A stretch of DNA of 64,000 bases from Octopus bimaculoides (lineage: Eukaryota): the NCBI RefSeq assembly GCF_001194135.2, contig NC_068983.1, positions 16,433,578-16,497,577 on the forward strand. The letters run 5' to 3'. The notes beneath the pieces are model-generated. The model worked only from the letters and a program-made list of their open reading frames with translations. It was not told the DNA's origin and ran no database searches. Positions 1 to 55,850 of the stretch are shown piece by piece; the first letter of the stretch is position 1; each line of letters opens with the position of its first letter. A program made the position numbers and the translations under genes.

Positions 1-275
1 AACCCTCACCTTACTGGCCGCATCTCTGTACATGGCTCGCACAGCTCTCACTAGCCATTCTTCTATCCCAAGTTTCCTCATTGACCACCAGATAAGGGAT
101 CGGGGGACCCTGTCAAAGGCTTTCTCCATGTCAACGAAAGCCAGGTACAGAGGTTTATCCTTGGCTAGGTATTTCTCTTGCAACTGTCTCACTAGAAATA
201 AGGCATCAGTAGTGCTTTTACCTGGCACGAACCCAAACTGCATCTCATCTAAATATATATATATATATATGTATG

Positions 276-308
<33 letters not shown>

Positions 309-928
309 ATCCACACATCACATACATACACAACAGGCTTAACAGAGTTTCCATCAAATTAATTCACCAGGCATTGGTCAACAAGAGGCAATAGAAGAAA
401 ACACTTGCCCAAGATGCTGTGTGCCGTACAATAGGACTGACCTCAAAACCACATGATTGCGAAGTGAACTTCTAATACACACAGACTTGCCTGTGCTGAT
501 ATATAATATCATCATCATTATTATTATTTAACATCCACTTCCTGAGCTGACATGGTTTGGATGGTTTAACAGGGAAATGGCAAGCTGCAGGGGCCAGTCA
601 AGCTCCAATGTCATCTCTGGCATGGTTTCTAAGGCTGGATGCCATTCCTGATAGCAACTACTTCACAGTGTGTACTGGGTGCTATTTTTGTACCACTGGC
701 TCTCGTAAGATTGTCATGCAATGTACAAGACAGAAAAGAATAATGAAAAAAAGGAGGGGCAAAAAAAAAAGGTCACACTACTACAAGAAAATATTTAAGA
801 GTGGATGGTGGAGGTGGGTGGCTTTATGCCAGGTATGGAAAGACTAAAAGTAGGTCCGAGGGACAAGCAAAGGTGTCTTGCTATAGAGAAGATACATGGC
901 TGAAGGAGATAAAGGATGGTAGTGGCAG

Positions 929-1524
929 GTTGTTGTTGTTGTTGTTGGCACTCCGTCACTTACGACATCGAGGGTTCCAGTTAATCCGATCAACAGAACA
1001 GCCTGCTCGTGAAATTAACGTGCAAATGGCTGAGCACTCCACAGACACGTGCACCCTTAACGTAGTTCTCGGGGAGATTCAGCGTGACAGAGTGTGACAA
1101 GGCTGACCCTTTNNNNNNNNNNNNNNNNNNNNNNNNNNNNNNNNNNNNNNNNNNNNNNNNNNNNNNNNNNNNNNNNNNNNNNNNNNNNNNNNNNNNGAAC
1201 AGCCTGCTCGTGAAATTAACGTGCAAATGGCTGAGCACTCCACAGACACGTGCACCCTTAACGTAGTTCTCGGGGAGATTCAGCATGACACAGTGTGACA
1301 AGGCTGACCCTTTGAATTACAGGCACAACAGAAACAGGAAGTAAGAGTGAGAGAAAGTTGTGGTGAAAGAGTACAGCAGGGTTTGCCACCATCCCCTGCC
1401 TGAGTCTCGTGGAGCTTTAGGTGTTTTCGCTCAATAAACATTCACAACGCCCGGTCTGGGAATCGAAACCGCGATCCTATGACCGCGAGTCCGCTGCCCT
1501 AACCACTGGGCCATTGCGCCTCCA
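929..1524 (-). mobile_element. tRNA-derived SINE (family C), (AAC)n tail, gap inside
   Basis: Head GGCGCAATGGCCCAGTGGTTAGG...GGTTTCGATTCCC; near-identical copy at 55851-56218. Confidence 0.85.
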
Positions 1525-2302
1525 TGGTAGTGGTAGGATGGTTGAGCAAACTCTCAGTGAATATGCATATGCATGGGCTGGATTGGACTGCCTATGTTCA
1601 GTCCACTGTAGGACGAAGCCCTCAGCATGTTCTCTCCAATCACAGTTTGAAGTGGAAGCCATGAATTTGAACTAGATATCAAACTGGTTTGTTGAGTTTG
1701 TTCTGCCACACAGCTCCACATGAGTTGGCAGAGGTGTACTAAGAGACATCTAGTTTTATAGGTTTGAACCCTATTGACTTTGTCCTGAGTTCAATTACCA
1801 TTTGAAGCTACTGCTAATGCTTTTCATGAGAAATAATGTCACACAGTTCCAATTCTCCATTCTGTCCAACTTTATCTTGTGCCTATGTAAGAACTTGTTT
1901 CAATTTCATTTTCTTTCTGAATATCTTTGAAGAAATATGTTCCTTTTCTGGATAAATATTAAGATGGCCACTTGACCACTTTGTCAACATCAGAGATAAT
2001 ATATATACATCACTTCATGTCCACTAACAGTTGCAGGAATGGCAATGGCTACACACCTTAAACCAAGTGGTTTCAGATTCATTCCCACTTTCGTGAGTGA
2101 AATTGTGTAATAGAAACTGTATGGAAGCCTGTCATACATATGTGCATGTATGTGTTTTTGTCTTTCCTATTTGTCTTGATGCAGTTTATGTACTGCTTAA
2201 AAACAATGTCAATGTATAGGCAGTCATTTATGCCTGCTCTAAAGTTGGCAAGCTAGTAGAATCATAAATATTGGACAAAATGCTTAGTAGCATTTCTTTC
2301 AG

Positions 2303-2540
2303 CTCTTTTACTCTTTTACTTGTTTCAGTCATCTGATCGTGGCTATGTTGGAGCACCGCCTTTATAGTCGAGCAAATCGACCCTAGGACTTATTCTTTGT
2401 AAGCCTAGTACTTATTCTATCGGTCTCTTTTGCCGAATTGCTAAGTTATGGGGACTTAAACACACCAGCATCGGTTGTCAAGCGATGCTGGGGAGGACAA
2501 ACACACACGCACAAACATATACACACACATACATATATAC

Positions 2541-2594
<54 letters not shown>

Positions 2595-2894
2595 NNNNNN
2601 NNNNNNNNNNNNNNNNNNNNNNNNNNNNNNNNNNNNNNNNNNNNNNNNNNNNNNNNNNNNNNNNNNNNNNNNNNNNNNNNNNNNNNNNNNNNNNNNNNNN
2701 NNNNNNNNNNNNNNNNNNNNNNNNNNNNNNNNNNNNNNNNNNNNNNNNNNNNNTTTCAGTTTCCGTCTGCCAAATGCACTCACATGGCTTTGGTCAGCCC
2801 TAGGCTATAGTAGAAGACACTTGCACAAGGTGCCACGAAGTGGGACTGAACCCAGAACCATGTGGTTGGTAAGCAAGCTACTTACCACACAGCC
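2303..2894 (-). mobile_element. tRNA-derived SINE (family B, CORE-like CCTTGGGCAAG block)
   Basis: Head GGCTGTGTGGTAAG...GGTTCAGTCCC, internal (TA/CA)n. Other copies at about 45508-45907(-), 48490-48850(-), 57320-57490(+), 57780-58050(+), 59363-59640(+), 61855-61955(+). Confidence 0.85.
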
Positions 2895-3949
2895 TTCTTA
2901 GTTCAAAGATCAATTAGGTCAAATTTACTTTTCATATTTTCAAGGTCAATAAAAAAAGTACCAGTTGAACACTGGAGGTCAATGTAATCAATTTCCCCCT
3001 CCCTTCAAAAGTTACTGGCCTTGTGCCAAAATTAGAAAGAATTTATGTTTGCTACAGAAATGTCTTCCCCTTTCCAACCTCACAAGTTTCCAAGCAAAGT
3101 AATATTTCCTCATGCCTGGACATATTTTCATGGAAGATTGGAAACAAACAACATTGCATGTATGACAGTGACATTTGTTCACAACTATCATGCGATATCA
3201 AGACAAACAGACACAAATAATGACAGGCTTCTTTCAGTTTCCATCTGCTAAATTCACTCAGAAGGATTTGGTCAACCTGAGGAGATAGAAGACAGTTCCC
3301 CAAGATGCNNNNNNNNNNNNNNNNNNNNNNNNNNNNNNNNNNNNNNNNNNNNNNNNNNNNNNNNNNNNNNNNNNNNNNNNNNNNNNNNNNNNNNNNNNNN
3401 NNNNNNNNNNNNNNNNNNNNNNNNNNNNNNNNNNNNNNNNNNNNNNNNNNNNNNNNNNNNNNNNNNNNNNNNNNNNNNNNNNNNNNNNNNNNNNNNNNNN
3501 NNNNNNNNNNNNNNNNNNNNNNNNNNNNNNNNNNNNNNNNNNNNNNNNNNNNNNNNNNNNNNNNNNNNNNNNNNNNNNNNNNNNNNNNNNNNNNNNNNNN
3601 NNNNNNNNNNNNNNNNNNNNNNNNNNNNNNNNNNNNNNNNNNNNNNNNNNNNNNNNNNNNNNNNNNNNNNNNNNNNNNNNNNNNNNNNNNNNNNNNNNNN
3701 NNNNNNNNNNNNNNNNNNNNNNNNNNNNNNNNNNNNNNNNNNNNNNNNNNNNNNNNNNNNNNNNNNNNNNNNNNNNNNNNNNNNNNNNNNNNNNNNNNNN
3801 NNNNNNNNNNNNNNNNNNNNNNNNNNNNNNNNNNNNNNNNNNNNNNNNNNNNNNNNNNNNNNNNNNNNNNNNNACATACATACGCACACAAACACACACA
3901 TAGGCAATGCCTAAGTGAAATATATATTTATTGTAAAGGCGCCTGTTAA

Positions 3950-4270
3950 TTTTGTGAGGCCACAGATCTGTGCCTGAAAACCCTAGTTTTGGTTTTGTGG
4001 GCAGCACAGTATCTGTTGTGAATGTAGAGAACCACATATGAGTAACAGTTTTGGTTGCAGTAAACGCACACCTCGTCATTCTTGTCCTAGTTCCTAGTGC
4101 TACTATGATACCAAATCTGCTTTTCTTCATTTGTCTCTTTTCTCATCTTTTTAAACCTTTTTCTAATTGCAGCCTCCAGCAGGAGCAATCATCAGCAATA
4201 TTCCCCCCAATTTTCAATTTTTATATAAAGAGATTTCATATCCCTTAGGCAGACATCTAAAGAAATATAT
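3950..4270 (-). mobile_element. Ancient RTE (BovB-like) C-terminal fragment
   Basis: IADDCSCWRLQLEKGLK and a CNQNCYS..VLYIHNRYC zinc-knuckle-like end. Confidence 0.5.
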
Positions 4271-4284
4271 GTATATATATATAT

Positions 4285-4636
4285 CATCATCGTTTAATGT
4301 CTGCTTTCCATGCTAGCATGGGTTGGACGATTTGACTGAGGACTGGTGAACCAGACGGCTACACCAGGCTCCAATCTGATTTGGCAGAGTTTCTACAGCT
4401 GGATGCCCTTCCTAACGCCAACCACTCCAAGAGTGTAGTGGGTGCTTTTACGTGCCACTGGCACGAAGGCCAGTCAGGCGGTACTGGCAACGGCCACGCT
4501 CAAAATGGTGTATTTTACATGCCACCTGCACAGGAGCCAGTCCAGTGGCACTGGCAACGATCTCGCTCGAATGTCTTTACACGTGCCATCACAATTTCCC
4601 TTTCGCTTGCCCCAACAGGTTTTCGCAAGTCGAGTT
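4285..4636 (-). mobile_element. RTE 3' UTR short copy (family A) with (GAT)n tail
   Basis: Matches the 3' end of the RTE at 29172-29421. + strand copies at about 13513-13618, 21790-22231, 26740-27193, 33337-33525, 42897-43119 and 44961-45183. Confidence 0.85.
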
Positions 4637-4759
4637 TATGTATGTATATACGTTATCTTGCCTTGACATCACGTCATACAGACATATATGCATGTATATA
4701 TATGTGTGTGTGTGTGTTTGTTTGTGTCTATATGCATGTGTGTATATGTATGTGTGTGA

Positions 4760-4794
<35 letters not shown>

Positions 4795-4832
4795 TATATA
4801 TATATACACACACACACACAATATATATATAT

Positions 4833-4896
<64 letters not shown>

Positions 4897-5039
4897 AAGC
4901 ACCCATTCTTCTTAACATATCCTCATATATCCTTTAGTATGGATGTTGATTATGCATTACTCATGGATGCTCAGGAGTTGCAAGTCATTCTTTAGTGGAG
5001 GGGAGGGAGGATGCACTGAAATTTCTCATCTTTTTTCTA

Positions 5040-6430
5040 CTCAGTTTGTCTGCTCCTGATCTACACAAATGTTATAATACCATTCTTTACAACACTGTGT
5101 CAGGCAGAGTTCTGGATTAATAATGGTGAAGAAATTTAGGAAGGCCTTGAGAATATCTTAGTTGTGTTTGCACCATCACACATCAGCTGAATGTATCCCC
5201 AATTACCAATTCGCTGAAGAAGCATTCTAGAAATGTCATTTGTCCTCCATTCTTGCAATGTGACTAGACAAGTGCAACTAAGCCCAGCACAGGGAAGTAT
5301 AGCTACCAGGCAACACTACACAACCAAGGACTTGGGCAACTCATGTGGAATTTATTAAGCTTCTTGGCATACCTACTATAAACAGTGTATATCTCATTGA
5401 CATACTGCAAAGTTGGCAGAACAACAATTCTGTAGATCTTCAACATGGTTTTAGTTTTGAAGCTGAGGCCTTTTCTTACTCAAAGTCTAGTGAAAGCATT
5501 TCTAACTTTGGCAGATCTACTGCTGACTTTGTCATCAATGTAGATGATTCATGAAATGTTGTTGCCAAGTTATGTGGACCTGTAAATGGCCAGTATAATC
5601 TGATCCCTGACCATGATGGCAGGTTCCACATACTCCCTTTGATTGCAGTTAGAAGAGAACCTGTTCCTGAATTGCTGCATCTCAAACACTGAATCCAGAT
5701 TGAGAGAACAGTTATCTGCTAACAGAAATTGGCACTCCATTTCCGTCTTCACCATAGTTCCAACTTGGAATTTTTTTAAGTTGAAAAACTTACCATCAAT
5801 ACAACAATGAATGATGAAGGTATCAGTCAACAGGATAGAAAACACCATAGTGGAAACATGAGCCGATACACAACTTTATTTAGCAAAGCTTGTGATTAGG
5901 AATACTGCCATTGGCTCTTTATCCTTGATTACCCCAGCAAGCATGCCCTTATAGAATGAGCATAACATGGAAAATAAACTTGACAGGAAATCTGTACAGG
6001 GCCACAATTCTCAAGAGTCAATTGTAATTGACAGTATCAAAATACCTCTGTAAGTCTGCAATAAATTATAGAGAGCTTATGTTGGTGTTTCTAACACTTC
6101 TGAAGTTAGCATAGTGCAAATCACATATCCACTGTATCATGATCTTTTCTAAAGTCATGCAGGCTCTCAGAAAGAAGGTTCTATTCACGATAGGCAATCA
6201 GCTGGTTCAACCCTAACCGTAACCCAGTGATTGACAGCAAGAAAAAGCCCTTTGGACTAATGAGACATCCTTGAACTCCAGTGAAATGTCCTCCTGGCAC
6301 CACACTGAGTGGAAGAGTTCAGTAAGCCTTGAGATAAGGTGGGGAACACCAATCTAGTACATTTCAGCTAAAATGGTTATCACTTCCAGAGCTTTATCAA
6401 TGGCCAGATCACTCTCACCTTCCTCGATCC
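5040..6430 (-). mobile_element. Ancient RTE (BovB-like) LINE RT fragment
   Basis: DGKFFNLKKFQVGT..FLLADNCSLN..EMQQ..NRFS and IYRIVVLPTL.Y..E.YTVYSR..KKLNKFH, with many stops. Confidence 0.7.
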
Positions 6431-7239
6431 CATAAGTTAAAATATACTTATACACACCAAAACATAAAGTAAAAATCAAATGAATGTCCTTTGGTTTCAA
6501 TGATGAGCATTGCAGGAATTCAATCAACTGAAGTACCTCATAAATTAATTATAGTGTAGGTGGCTGAATATTCCAAAAGCATTTATATTCCTAATGTAAT
6601 CTTCAGGTTGAATCCGCCTAAGATAGTGTGACAAGGCTGGTCTTTTGAATTACGAGGTACTCTATTTGATGGGCTTTCACAGGTTCCGTCAACTCAATTT
6701 CACACATATGGTTTGAATCAGACTGAGAATGTCATGGAACCAAATCCGAGACTTCGTGAATGTGAAGTGAGCCTAACCAATGAGTGATGCCTGAATTCAT
6801 ACATGCACACACATATACTAGTAAGATATATACGAACATAATTTCTTTTATTTTTTTCATTTTTTGCTTTTGCAACGCACCTCGCATTGTACCTCACGAT
6901 CTCGATACCTTCCAATAATATCGCTCCCTCAAGAGGGAACGAGCAGCACTGATCCTAAAAGGGGACGTCTTGGTTCTTTTTCTTTTCTTGTGCCTGTTAT
7001 CTTTGAAGACACAAAGAAAGCTTCTTGAAATTCCGAGTTTCACATCATTAATTATTCAAATGAACAGTTTCGGTAACCAGTGACATTAAACTCGGAGTTA
7101 ATACTTCAAGAAGTTTCAACTTCTAAAATATACATTTTTCTTCATATACTGAGTGCTTTTTTACTCGTTTGTAAACTAACTTTCACTGACTTGACCAAAA
7201 TAATATTATTAATCTTTGAGCACTTTTTTTTTCTGGCAG

Positions 7240-7277
<38 letters not shown>

Positions 7278-7644
7278 NNNNNNNNNNNNNNNNNNNNNNN
7301 NNNNNNNNNNNNNNNNNNNNNNNNNNNNNNNNNNNNNNNNNNNNNNNNNNNNNNNNNNNNNNNNNNNNNNNNNNNNNNNNNNNNNNNNNNNNNNNNNNNN
7401 NNNNNNNNNNNNNNNNNNNNNNNNNNNNNNNNNNNNNNNNNNNNNNNNNNNNNNNNNNNNNNNNNNNNNNNNNNNNNNNNNNNNNNNNNNNNNNNNNNNN
7501 NNNNNNNNNNNNNNNNNNNNNNNNNNNNNNNNNNNNNNNNNNNNNNNNNNNNNNNNNNNNNNNNNNNNNNNNNNNNNNNNNNNNNNNNNNNNNNNNNNNN
7601 NNNNNNNNNNNNNNNNNNNNNNNNNNNNNNNNNNNNNNNNNNNN

Positions 7645-7685
<41 letters not shown>

Positions 7686-8652
7686 AATATATGCGTGTGT
7701 GTATGCACCATAACTACAGTTGCTTCCCTTGGAAGAACTGTCTACAAGAGCGAAATCAACTTGAATCCCTTTAGAGTCGCATTTGACTCGGGCAGGTAAT
7801 AGGGATGGATTACATAAAATATTTGTTAATCTGATGACATGTCATGCAGCTATAGTTACACGACTCATCAAAAGCAGGATAACATTATAATGTTACGATG
7901 TTTAAACAGAGATATCCAATTAAAGTTAATAGAGTATGTACATAGAAAGTGATGAATGTGTAAATGATTGCATTTGTGCGTCAATATATAAATATATTTT
8001 TATATATATATATATATATATACGTATGTTGAAGTACTCACTGCTAAAGTGCTGCGGCTTCAGTTGTTTTCTTCTGGACATTTTCTAAAGCTACTGGGAC
8101 GGTTTTTGCTGTACGTGTCCACAACACTTAACTATTTTTAAAATTGTATTCATCAATGTAGCAACAGGCGGCCCGGTGGAGACCCAAAAAACAACACTAA
8201 AAACACGAGGAGTGGGCCAATTTGCCTCCTTCCCTTTCCTTTGTCGTCCATATTGAACACAGTACTATGGGATAGACTCTCTCTTTCTCACTCCGTCTCT
8301 TTTCTTTTCCTTTCTATTTCTCTTTTTTTCCTCCTCTGCCTACTACACACATTATTCCTCTTCATTACTATTACACTTTCTCTTTTCTTCCTTTCTATCT
8401 CCCTGTCTTACTTTTACTCTTTCACTTTTCTTTCTATTTTTCTTACTGTTACTCTTTCTCTTTTCTTCATTTCTTCCTCTCTCTTTTTCTTTCTACCTTT
8501 CTTTTCTCTTTTCCTATCTATTTGTCCTTTTTTTCCCTTCATTTCTGCATATCTCACCTTCACACTTACTTTTACCGTTCGTTAGACTCATATTCTCCAA
8601 TATTTTTACAATTCATTTTTTGGCTTCCTGTTATTTTAATGAATATAGTGAT

Positions 8653-8691
<39 letters not shown>

Positions 8692-10210
8692 AGGGGTAGG
8701 CCGGTTTACGGGCTTACCCTGTGTTTCACGCTCATAAGGGGCGTAGCCCTATATATATANNNNNNNNNNNNNNNNNNNNNNNNNNNNNNNNNNNNNNNNN
8801 NNNNNNNNNNNNNNNNNNNNNNNNNNNNNNNNNNNNNNNNNNNNNNNNNNNNNNNNNNNNNNNNNNNNNNNNNNNNNNNNNNNNNNNNNNNNNNNNNNNN
8901 NNNNNNNNNNNNNNNNNNNNNNNNNNNNNNNNNNNNNNNNNNNNNNNNNNNNNNNNNNNNNNNNNNNGGAATTTCATAATTAAAAAAAAAAAAAAAAGGT
9001 TGGTGCGTACTTATGTCTCCTGACACACATCACGTAATTTTTTTATTTTTTTTCTAATTTCAACTTTCATTTTGTAATATATACGTGTGTGTGTGTTTGT
9101 GTGTATGTGTTTGTGTATGCTAGTAGGTATTTGTGCCCTCCCCACCTTTTTTTTTTATTCCACATTAAATTCCAATCTTATTGCAATGTGCACCACCTAA
9201 AAAGCACTTACAGGAAATTTCATCAAAAACGCTCATTTTTCTAAAAGTTATGAGGAAACAAAATCGGGAGAGGTCACACTTGAGTAGGTATGCTTATATA
9301 CATTGTCGTCTCAAGGCATGGACAGACTGAACAGTTGCCCAGGGACTCCATGGGTCAAGGGTCCAAATTTTATGCTGTTGTTTGCTGTCAATAAATACGA
9401 TAGAGTCTAGTGCATAAACTTACTAGGGGTCCATAATACAGTTAAAAAGGTTTTGCCTCTCTGCCTCTCTCTCTCTCTCTCTGTATGTATATATATATAT
9501 ATGCGTGTGTGTGTGTGTATTAATATTTAGCAGAAGCAAGTTTCTCAAGATCCGTGAGTTTCGTGTGTTAGCACTTATCAAATTCTTCCTAACGCACGAA
9601 ACTCTTGGATCTTGAGTCACTTTGTTGTTTCTGCTAAACATTAGTAAAAATATGTATATACTCATATTTTGAGTTCTATTTGTCCTTTTTGCATCACCAT
9701 ATGCTTTTTTTTTGTCCCCATATACATTCATCATTTATTTATTAAATTGGAAATTGTGAGAATTATAAAGTAATTCACAGCAAAAATTGGTTTTCTGAAT
9801 TTAAACCTCCTTGCTAATTGTGCATTTAATTTTATTTACTTTGTCATAACACTGGGAAGAAGAAAACTGTTGATAAGAGAAAGAAAGTAGAGACATTTAG
9901 AAAACTAACTTGCGTAATAACAGCGGAAACTGGTTCGAAAGTGTGCTGCAAAACAACAACAAGCCGAAAATTTATAAAATGTATTACTAATTTTTGGTAA
10001 AAATCCACAACTGTTAATAATTGAACCACCAAAAATGATGTGTAGTGCTTATAGGTATAAAATGTAGGTATGTTGTAGAAAGGTAGTTTTACGATAGCTG
10101 AACTTCATTCTCACTGTTGATATTAATCCAATTTCACGTCATTCCGTTAGTTTTAAGACGGCGAGTTGTTGTCCACAGTTAATTGAACTATTATTGCTGC
10201 TCGTGTCATT

Positions 10211-52503
<42,293 letters not shown>

Positions 52504-52553
52504 GGCTTATCTTTAAAATATGAGATATTTTTATTTTTATCAATTATGAAAAA

Positions 52554-52639
52554 AATAAACGAAAGCTGGGTTTTTCTATTTTTGGTTAATGTCTTTTACA
52601 CTAAATTTAATACATTTTGTATTCTTTTAAAAAAATAAA
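52554..52639 (+). terminator. Candidate poly(A) signals of DARS1 (AATAAA at 52554 and 52634)
   Basis: Two AATAAA hexamers 50-135 nt after the stop, followed by T/GT-rich sequence. The actual site is unknown. Confidence 0.45.
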
Positions 52640-55296
52640 ATGTCTTCACAAAATTCTGTTTGTTGATAATTAGGCCTTCAAAATTGGGATGTCTGGATGT
52701 GTTACATTGAAGCTTGTGTGCCTTAAGAGCATAATGGGCATAAAGCAACACTATTCCCTCTGAATTCAGTCATTTAATCATTGTACTAATTGTAATATTG
52801 ATTATCATTATACTAAAATAAGATTTTAGTATAAAATCTTATTGTATACTACACTGCCCTTATTTTATACAAAACCATATACAGACAACTACTAATATCA
52901 AACTTGTGTTGGTATTTTACTATTTCTTTAACATTTTGTTACTACATTTCTCTTGAAATACACTGCCTTTGTTTCAATTGATTTTGAAACCAATCAAGAA
53001 TTTAGTAAAAGTAATTTTGTGATTAAGTTGGTATAAGAACATTGGATTAGCAAAATCAGAAATGTCAAGAAAAATGCTTTGCAGTATTTTTTCTGGCTCT
53101 TTATGTTCTGAGATCCCCATTCCACCAAGGTCAACTTGTCCTTTCATCCTTTTGGAGTTGACAGAGTTGATGATATGAATTTAACCCATCCCTTCAAAAC
53201 TGCTGGCCTTACACTTAAAATTAGAAAACATTGTTAAACTCATGTTTGAGACATAAATTAACATGGAATTTTGATGGGAAGTTTTAATTTAATTTAGGTC
53301 ACTTTGAAACAGATAGTTTGTATTACAGAATGAGGGGCAGTTTTAGGCAGGTTGGTATCAAATGGATGAATTCAGTGTTTTCTAAACCATACGTCTACAA
53401 TCAACATACACTTTTTGCAGAAAAATCATGTATTTTTCATAAATAATGAATAAAGAAGACAGAAAGTTAGACGTTTATAATCAAATTTTTTATCAAAAAG
53501 TAAGTAGTATAAGCACTCTGCATTACAGGAACATAACATTCCTGAAAACCATTCTGTAACATAGGATACCTGTTATATAGGAGTCAATGGGGAAATAGGC
53601 TTCTTGTCACAGAATTACACATTACAGCAAGATAATCAGGAATGCGATGCTTCCATAATGGGGATGGTGTATGTACTATGTTTTATCTTTGGTATTTAAT
53701 TAAATCTGTGATTTTAAAAACTAGTATCAGTAATCTAATTAAAATTAATCATTTGTCAATTATGAATAAGTTTATTAGACTTTTGAAAACATTTTTTTTA
53801 ACGAATATTTTTTAATGAATAAACTTTATTATTTCATGTAATTATTCCTTATTCATTATATTCATCATAAAATTATTCTTTTTCTTTTTTTTTTGTAAAA
53901 TTTATGACATCATTTTCACACACCATTGATTTTATAAGGACTAGGTAAGCTCTTAATTTCATTGAAATTTTTAGTAGCTTAGCATAAATGTTCTGTAAAT
54001 GTGGCATTTAACTGATTAATTTCCCTATATCATTATCATCATTGCTTCATGTCTGCTTTTCTTGTTGGCATGGGTTGAACAGGTTTCCACAATAAAAGTC
54101 AGCACATATCCAAGTATACTGCTCTCTTAGATGGGCCAGAGGATTACATTGTACTTGTGCATTTCATTATTAGCTTGGTTTGTATGGCTCGGTGTCCTCC
54201 TTAACAACAACTATTGTACAGAGTATACTTTTGTGTGTGTGTGTGTGACATCAGCATTACATGTCTTAATCCTTTTATGGCATCTAATAAATGATGAAAT
54301 AATACTTATTGCTATGTAGCAGTTCTTGGTTGCCTCACAAGAGATGATTGTGGTTTTTACAGTTTGTAGTGATTATGTTTAGAAATCTATGTCTACTGAT
54401 AATTCTTTCAACTATAGGCACAAAGTCTGAAATTTTGTGAGAGGGGCGAGTCAATGTAATCATTGACTCCTAGTGCTCAGCTGGTACTTGTTTTATCAAC
54501 CCCAAGAGTGTAAAAGGCAAAGTCAACCTTGGCAGAATTTGAACTTAGAACATAAAACTGGAAGAAATGCCACTAAGCATTTTATCCAATGATTCTGCCA
54601 GCTCACTGCTTTATGTCTACTGATAATGAAGGTTGATTATATGGCTTAGTTGTTGTGGTACCAGGACAAGAAAAGCAACCAAGAGCACAATATAGTTGTA
54701 GAATCTACATTGACATTGAAAGATAGTCTGGGCTGGTGACTAAGTATGAACTAATTTATGATCCCTGATTTAGGCACAAAGCCAGCAGCTTTTAAGGAAA
54801 GATAAGATGATTACCATGATCTCTCCCAATTATTGACTGGAACTTTATTTTAATTACCCCAGAGAGATGAAAGGTAAAGTTGACCTTGGCATGTTTTGAA
54901 CTCAGATTATAAAGAGTCAGAACAGATACTAATCCACCACCTTTTTAATAGTTTCTAATTTAGGCAAAAGTCAGCAGTCTTGAGGCGAAGGATTTGATTG
55001 ATGCTATCAAATCTAGTACTTGATTGGTACTTTGTTTTATTAATCCTAGGGACATGAAAGACAAAGATGACCTTAGTGGGATTTGAACTCAGAACATAAA
55101 GAGATGAAACAGATAGCTCAAGGCATGCTCTCATGATTCTGCCAATCCATTGTTCTGAGCTAAATAATCCTGTGGAGCAGTGGTTTTCAACCAGGGTCTA
55201 TATAAGATTCTGTAGTTGAAATTTATGTGCGATAAATTGCTTATACTTTTACAACACACAAAATAAAAGCATTGTAGCTTGCTTGAAGCATTGTAA

Positions 55297-55484
55297 TATT
55301 GAAGAAAGGAAAATAGGAAAGGTTCTGACAATGCAGAAAGTTTAACAAAACCTTTATATTTCAGGCTCAGAGGACTATCTTCAGAAGAAAAACAGACTTT
55401 TTCTTTTGCACCTGAAATATAAAGGTTTTGTTAAGTCTCATGCATTGTCAGAAGCTTTCTTATTTTATATTTTTCCCTTCAATA
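55297..55484. mobile_element. Foldback element with about 55-70-bp arms
   Basis: TTCTGACAATGCA..TTAACAAAACCTTTATATTTCAGG and its reverse complement; lies inside a hAT-MITE-like sequence starting at about 55179. Confidence 0.7.
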
Positions 55485-55850
55485 CACAAAATATTTTGAT
55501 TTTTTTTTATACAATTCCTAATATTTAATGTAAATATTGTCATTTTGAGAAATTATTTGATGGTCTGGAAACATCCAAATTTGTCTTGTGGAACCCACTT
55601 CATGGTGATGTAAGAAGAGAACATCGTCACACATCGACAACTTAATTCAGACACTGGCCTGGAATGTATCCAAGACGTTGAGCCAGTGATGTTGGACTAA
55701 GAAGTGTGGTAGTGGACTTTGTTGCTGCGGCTACGGTTGGAACTCAACCACAAACAGACAGACAGATGGGAATATAATGATAATTATAATAACCAGTTCT
55801 ACTACAGGCACAAGGTTTGAAGTTTAGAGGAGGGGTAAAGTCAGTTGTGT

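Noticed and set aside
997-1312. Apparent tandem duplication inside the SINE
   Set aside because: The same ~115 bp lies on both sides of an N gap: a contig-overlap artefact.
1440-1524. tRNA-like sequence (also at 56140-56218, 59363-59430 and 39860-39930)
   Set aside because: SINE heads: A/B boxes are present but there is no acceptor stem, and each continues into a repeat body.
6209-6225. Short telomere-like AACCCTAACCGTAACCC
   Set aside because: Fewer than 3 units, within a decayed RTE; not significant alone.
6500-6570. Box C (ATGATGA) and box D (CTGA) snoRNA-like pair
   Set aside because: No terminal stem, lies in repeat-derived intergenic sequence, and such boxes are frequent by chance here.
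2438-9026. Long ORFs in the track (for example 3258-4130, 7080-7799, 4381-4995, 8241-8585)
   Set aside because: They are made of N gaps, (TA)/(CA)n or CT-rich low-complexity sequence. The same applies to the gap-spanning ORFs at 29248-30099, 37254-37540 and 60472-61032.
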